Shown: piece by piece, positions 62,748 to 64,000 of the stretch
Layout: each line of letters begins with the position of its first letter
Numbering within the stretch: position 1 is the stretch's first letter
NCBI RefSeq assembly: GCF_963921235.1
Contig: NC_086097.1
Location: forward strand, 156,986,001-157,050,000
DNA length: 64,000 nt
Reading direction: 5' to 3'
DNA from: Mobula hypostoma
Lineage: Eukaryota
Made by a program: the position numbers and the translations under genes
Notes under the pieces: generated by a model
The model's database searches: none
Seen by the model: the letters and a program-made list of their open reading frames with translations, nothing else
Told to the model about the DNA's origin: nothing

Positions 62748-63384
62748 AAAGATGGGAGGAGAAGATGGCGGCACGATGCAGCGCGCGCAGCTCTCTGGTG
62801 AAATGATATTGTATTTGTAAGTAGGATGCTGTGCACAATTCTGATTTGATGGAGACAGACATGAGAAGCACAGAGGAACATCTTGAGAAACTTCTGAAAC
62901 GCCCGGTTCGCTGCCGCTGCTAATGTGTGATCAAGATCTCCGGAGGGAAGGCCCCAAAATCCCTGGCTTTGTCTGCTGCTGGCGACCGGGGCTGGGATCG
63001 AAGTGTTCGGCAGAGATGGTGCTTGGTACTCGGTGTTGGAGGGCTGGTTGGAGGCTCGAAGTTTTCAGACGACTCAGAGTCGGACTGTGGTCGGGCATGG
63101 CAGGGAGAGTTTTCTTCCTTCTCCCGTCTGCGTGAGTTGTGGGACTTTCGAGAGACTTTGAACTTTCTTTTACTGTGCCTATGGCCTGTTCTTCATCAAG
63201 TTATGGTATTGTTTGCACTGTTGTAACTATATGTCATAATTATGCAGTTTTTGTTAGTTTTTCAGTCTTGGTCTGTCCTGTGTTTCTGTGATATCACACC
63301 GGAGGAATATTGTATCAATTATTAATGCATGCATTACTCAATGACAATAAAAGAGGACTGTGTGTCCTCATAATCTAATCTAAT
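62748..63384 (+). mobile_element. Non-coding LINE-dependent element with a 5' YY1 motif and a Rex1-like tail
   Basis: AAGATGGCGGC at 62762-62772; CpG-rich 5' half; gacaataaa plus a (ctaat)n tail; interrupts CR1 sequence cttatca/tattatggtc. Confidence 0.7.
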
Positions 63385-64000
63385 ATTATGGTCACTACCT
63401 CCTAATGGCTCCTTTACCTCGAGTTCCCTTATCAAATCTGGTTCATTACACAACACTAAATTCAGAATTGCCTTCTCCCTGGTAGGTTCCAGTACAAGCT
63501 GCTCCAAGAATCCATCTCAGAGGCACTCCACAAACTCCCTTTCTTGGGGTCCAGTACCAACTTGATTTTCCCAGTCTACCTGCATGTTGAAGTCCCCCAT
63601 AACAACCGTAGCATTACCTTTGTGACATGCCAATTTTAACCCTTGATTCAACTTACACCCTACATCCAGACTACTGTTTGAGGGCCTGTAGATAACTCCC
63701 ATTAGGGTCTTTTTGCCCTTACAATTTCTCAGTACTATCCATACTGACTCTACATCTCTTGATTCTATGTCGCCCCTCACAAGGGACTGAATATCATTCC
63801 TCACCAACAGAGACACCCCACCCCCTCTTCCCACCTGTCTGTCCTTTCGAAAGGACGTATACCCTTGAATATTCATTTCCCAGCTCTGGTCCTCTTGCAG
63901 CCATGTCTCTGTTCAGCTAGGTACATTGTCTGCAGCAGCCATCTTCCGTCAGTTCACTTTCTTGAAGTATATATAGAGATCAAAGTAACAGGTGTAGAAC

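Larger units (their letters stand above)
60412..63913 (-). mobile_element. CR1 LINE (endonuclease to 3' end) with two nested insertions
   Basis: (gacaata)n tail; RKDRQVGRGGGV, GVIYRP, MGDFN, NYRPFSLTS, SQHGFTKGKSC and LVRPHLEYC. Confidence 0.93.

Overview
This is vertebrate nuclear DNA, most likely from a cartilaginous fish (ray-like). That assignment is inferred from the repeat repertoire: CR1, Rex1/Babar, Penelope-like elements, HE1-like V-SINEs and a DeuSINE. I recognised no host protein-coding exon, rRNA or tRNA gene. The window is an intergenic or intronic transposon graveyard with deeply nested insertions and a few AT-rich unique islands, and nearly every listed ORF is a broken transposon frame or its antisense shadow. 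The elements present are CR1, Rex1/Babar, RTE, L1, L2 and R4/Dong-type non-LTR retrotransposons, Penelope-like elements (PLEs), three Gypsy elements plus solo LTRs, Tc1/mariner MITEs, a hAT transposon and several SINE-like elements. The most notable signals are: minimal hammerhead ribozyme motifs in paired inverted PLE termini with 13-bp TSDs; two tandem R4/Dong elements in an (AAT)n site that share a 5' breakpoint; a CR1 with a 5' inversion; a CpG-rich hAT; two non-coding LINE-tailed elements; and a four-TIR mariner MITE. All family calls come from motifs read by eye, not from database searches. Boundaries without a TSD are approximate.
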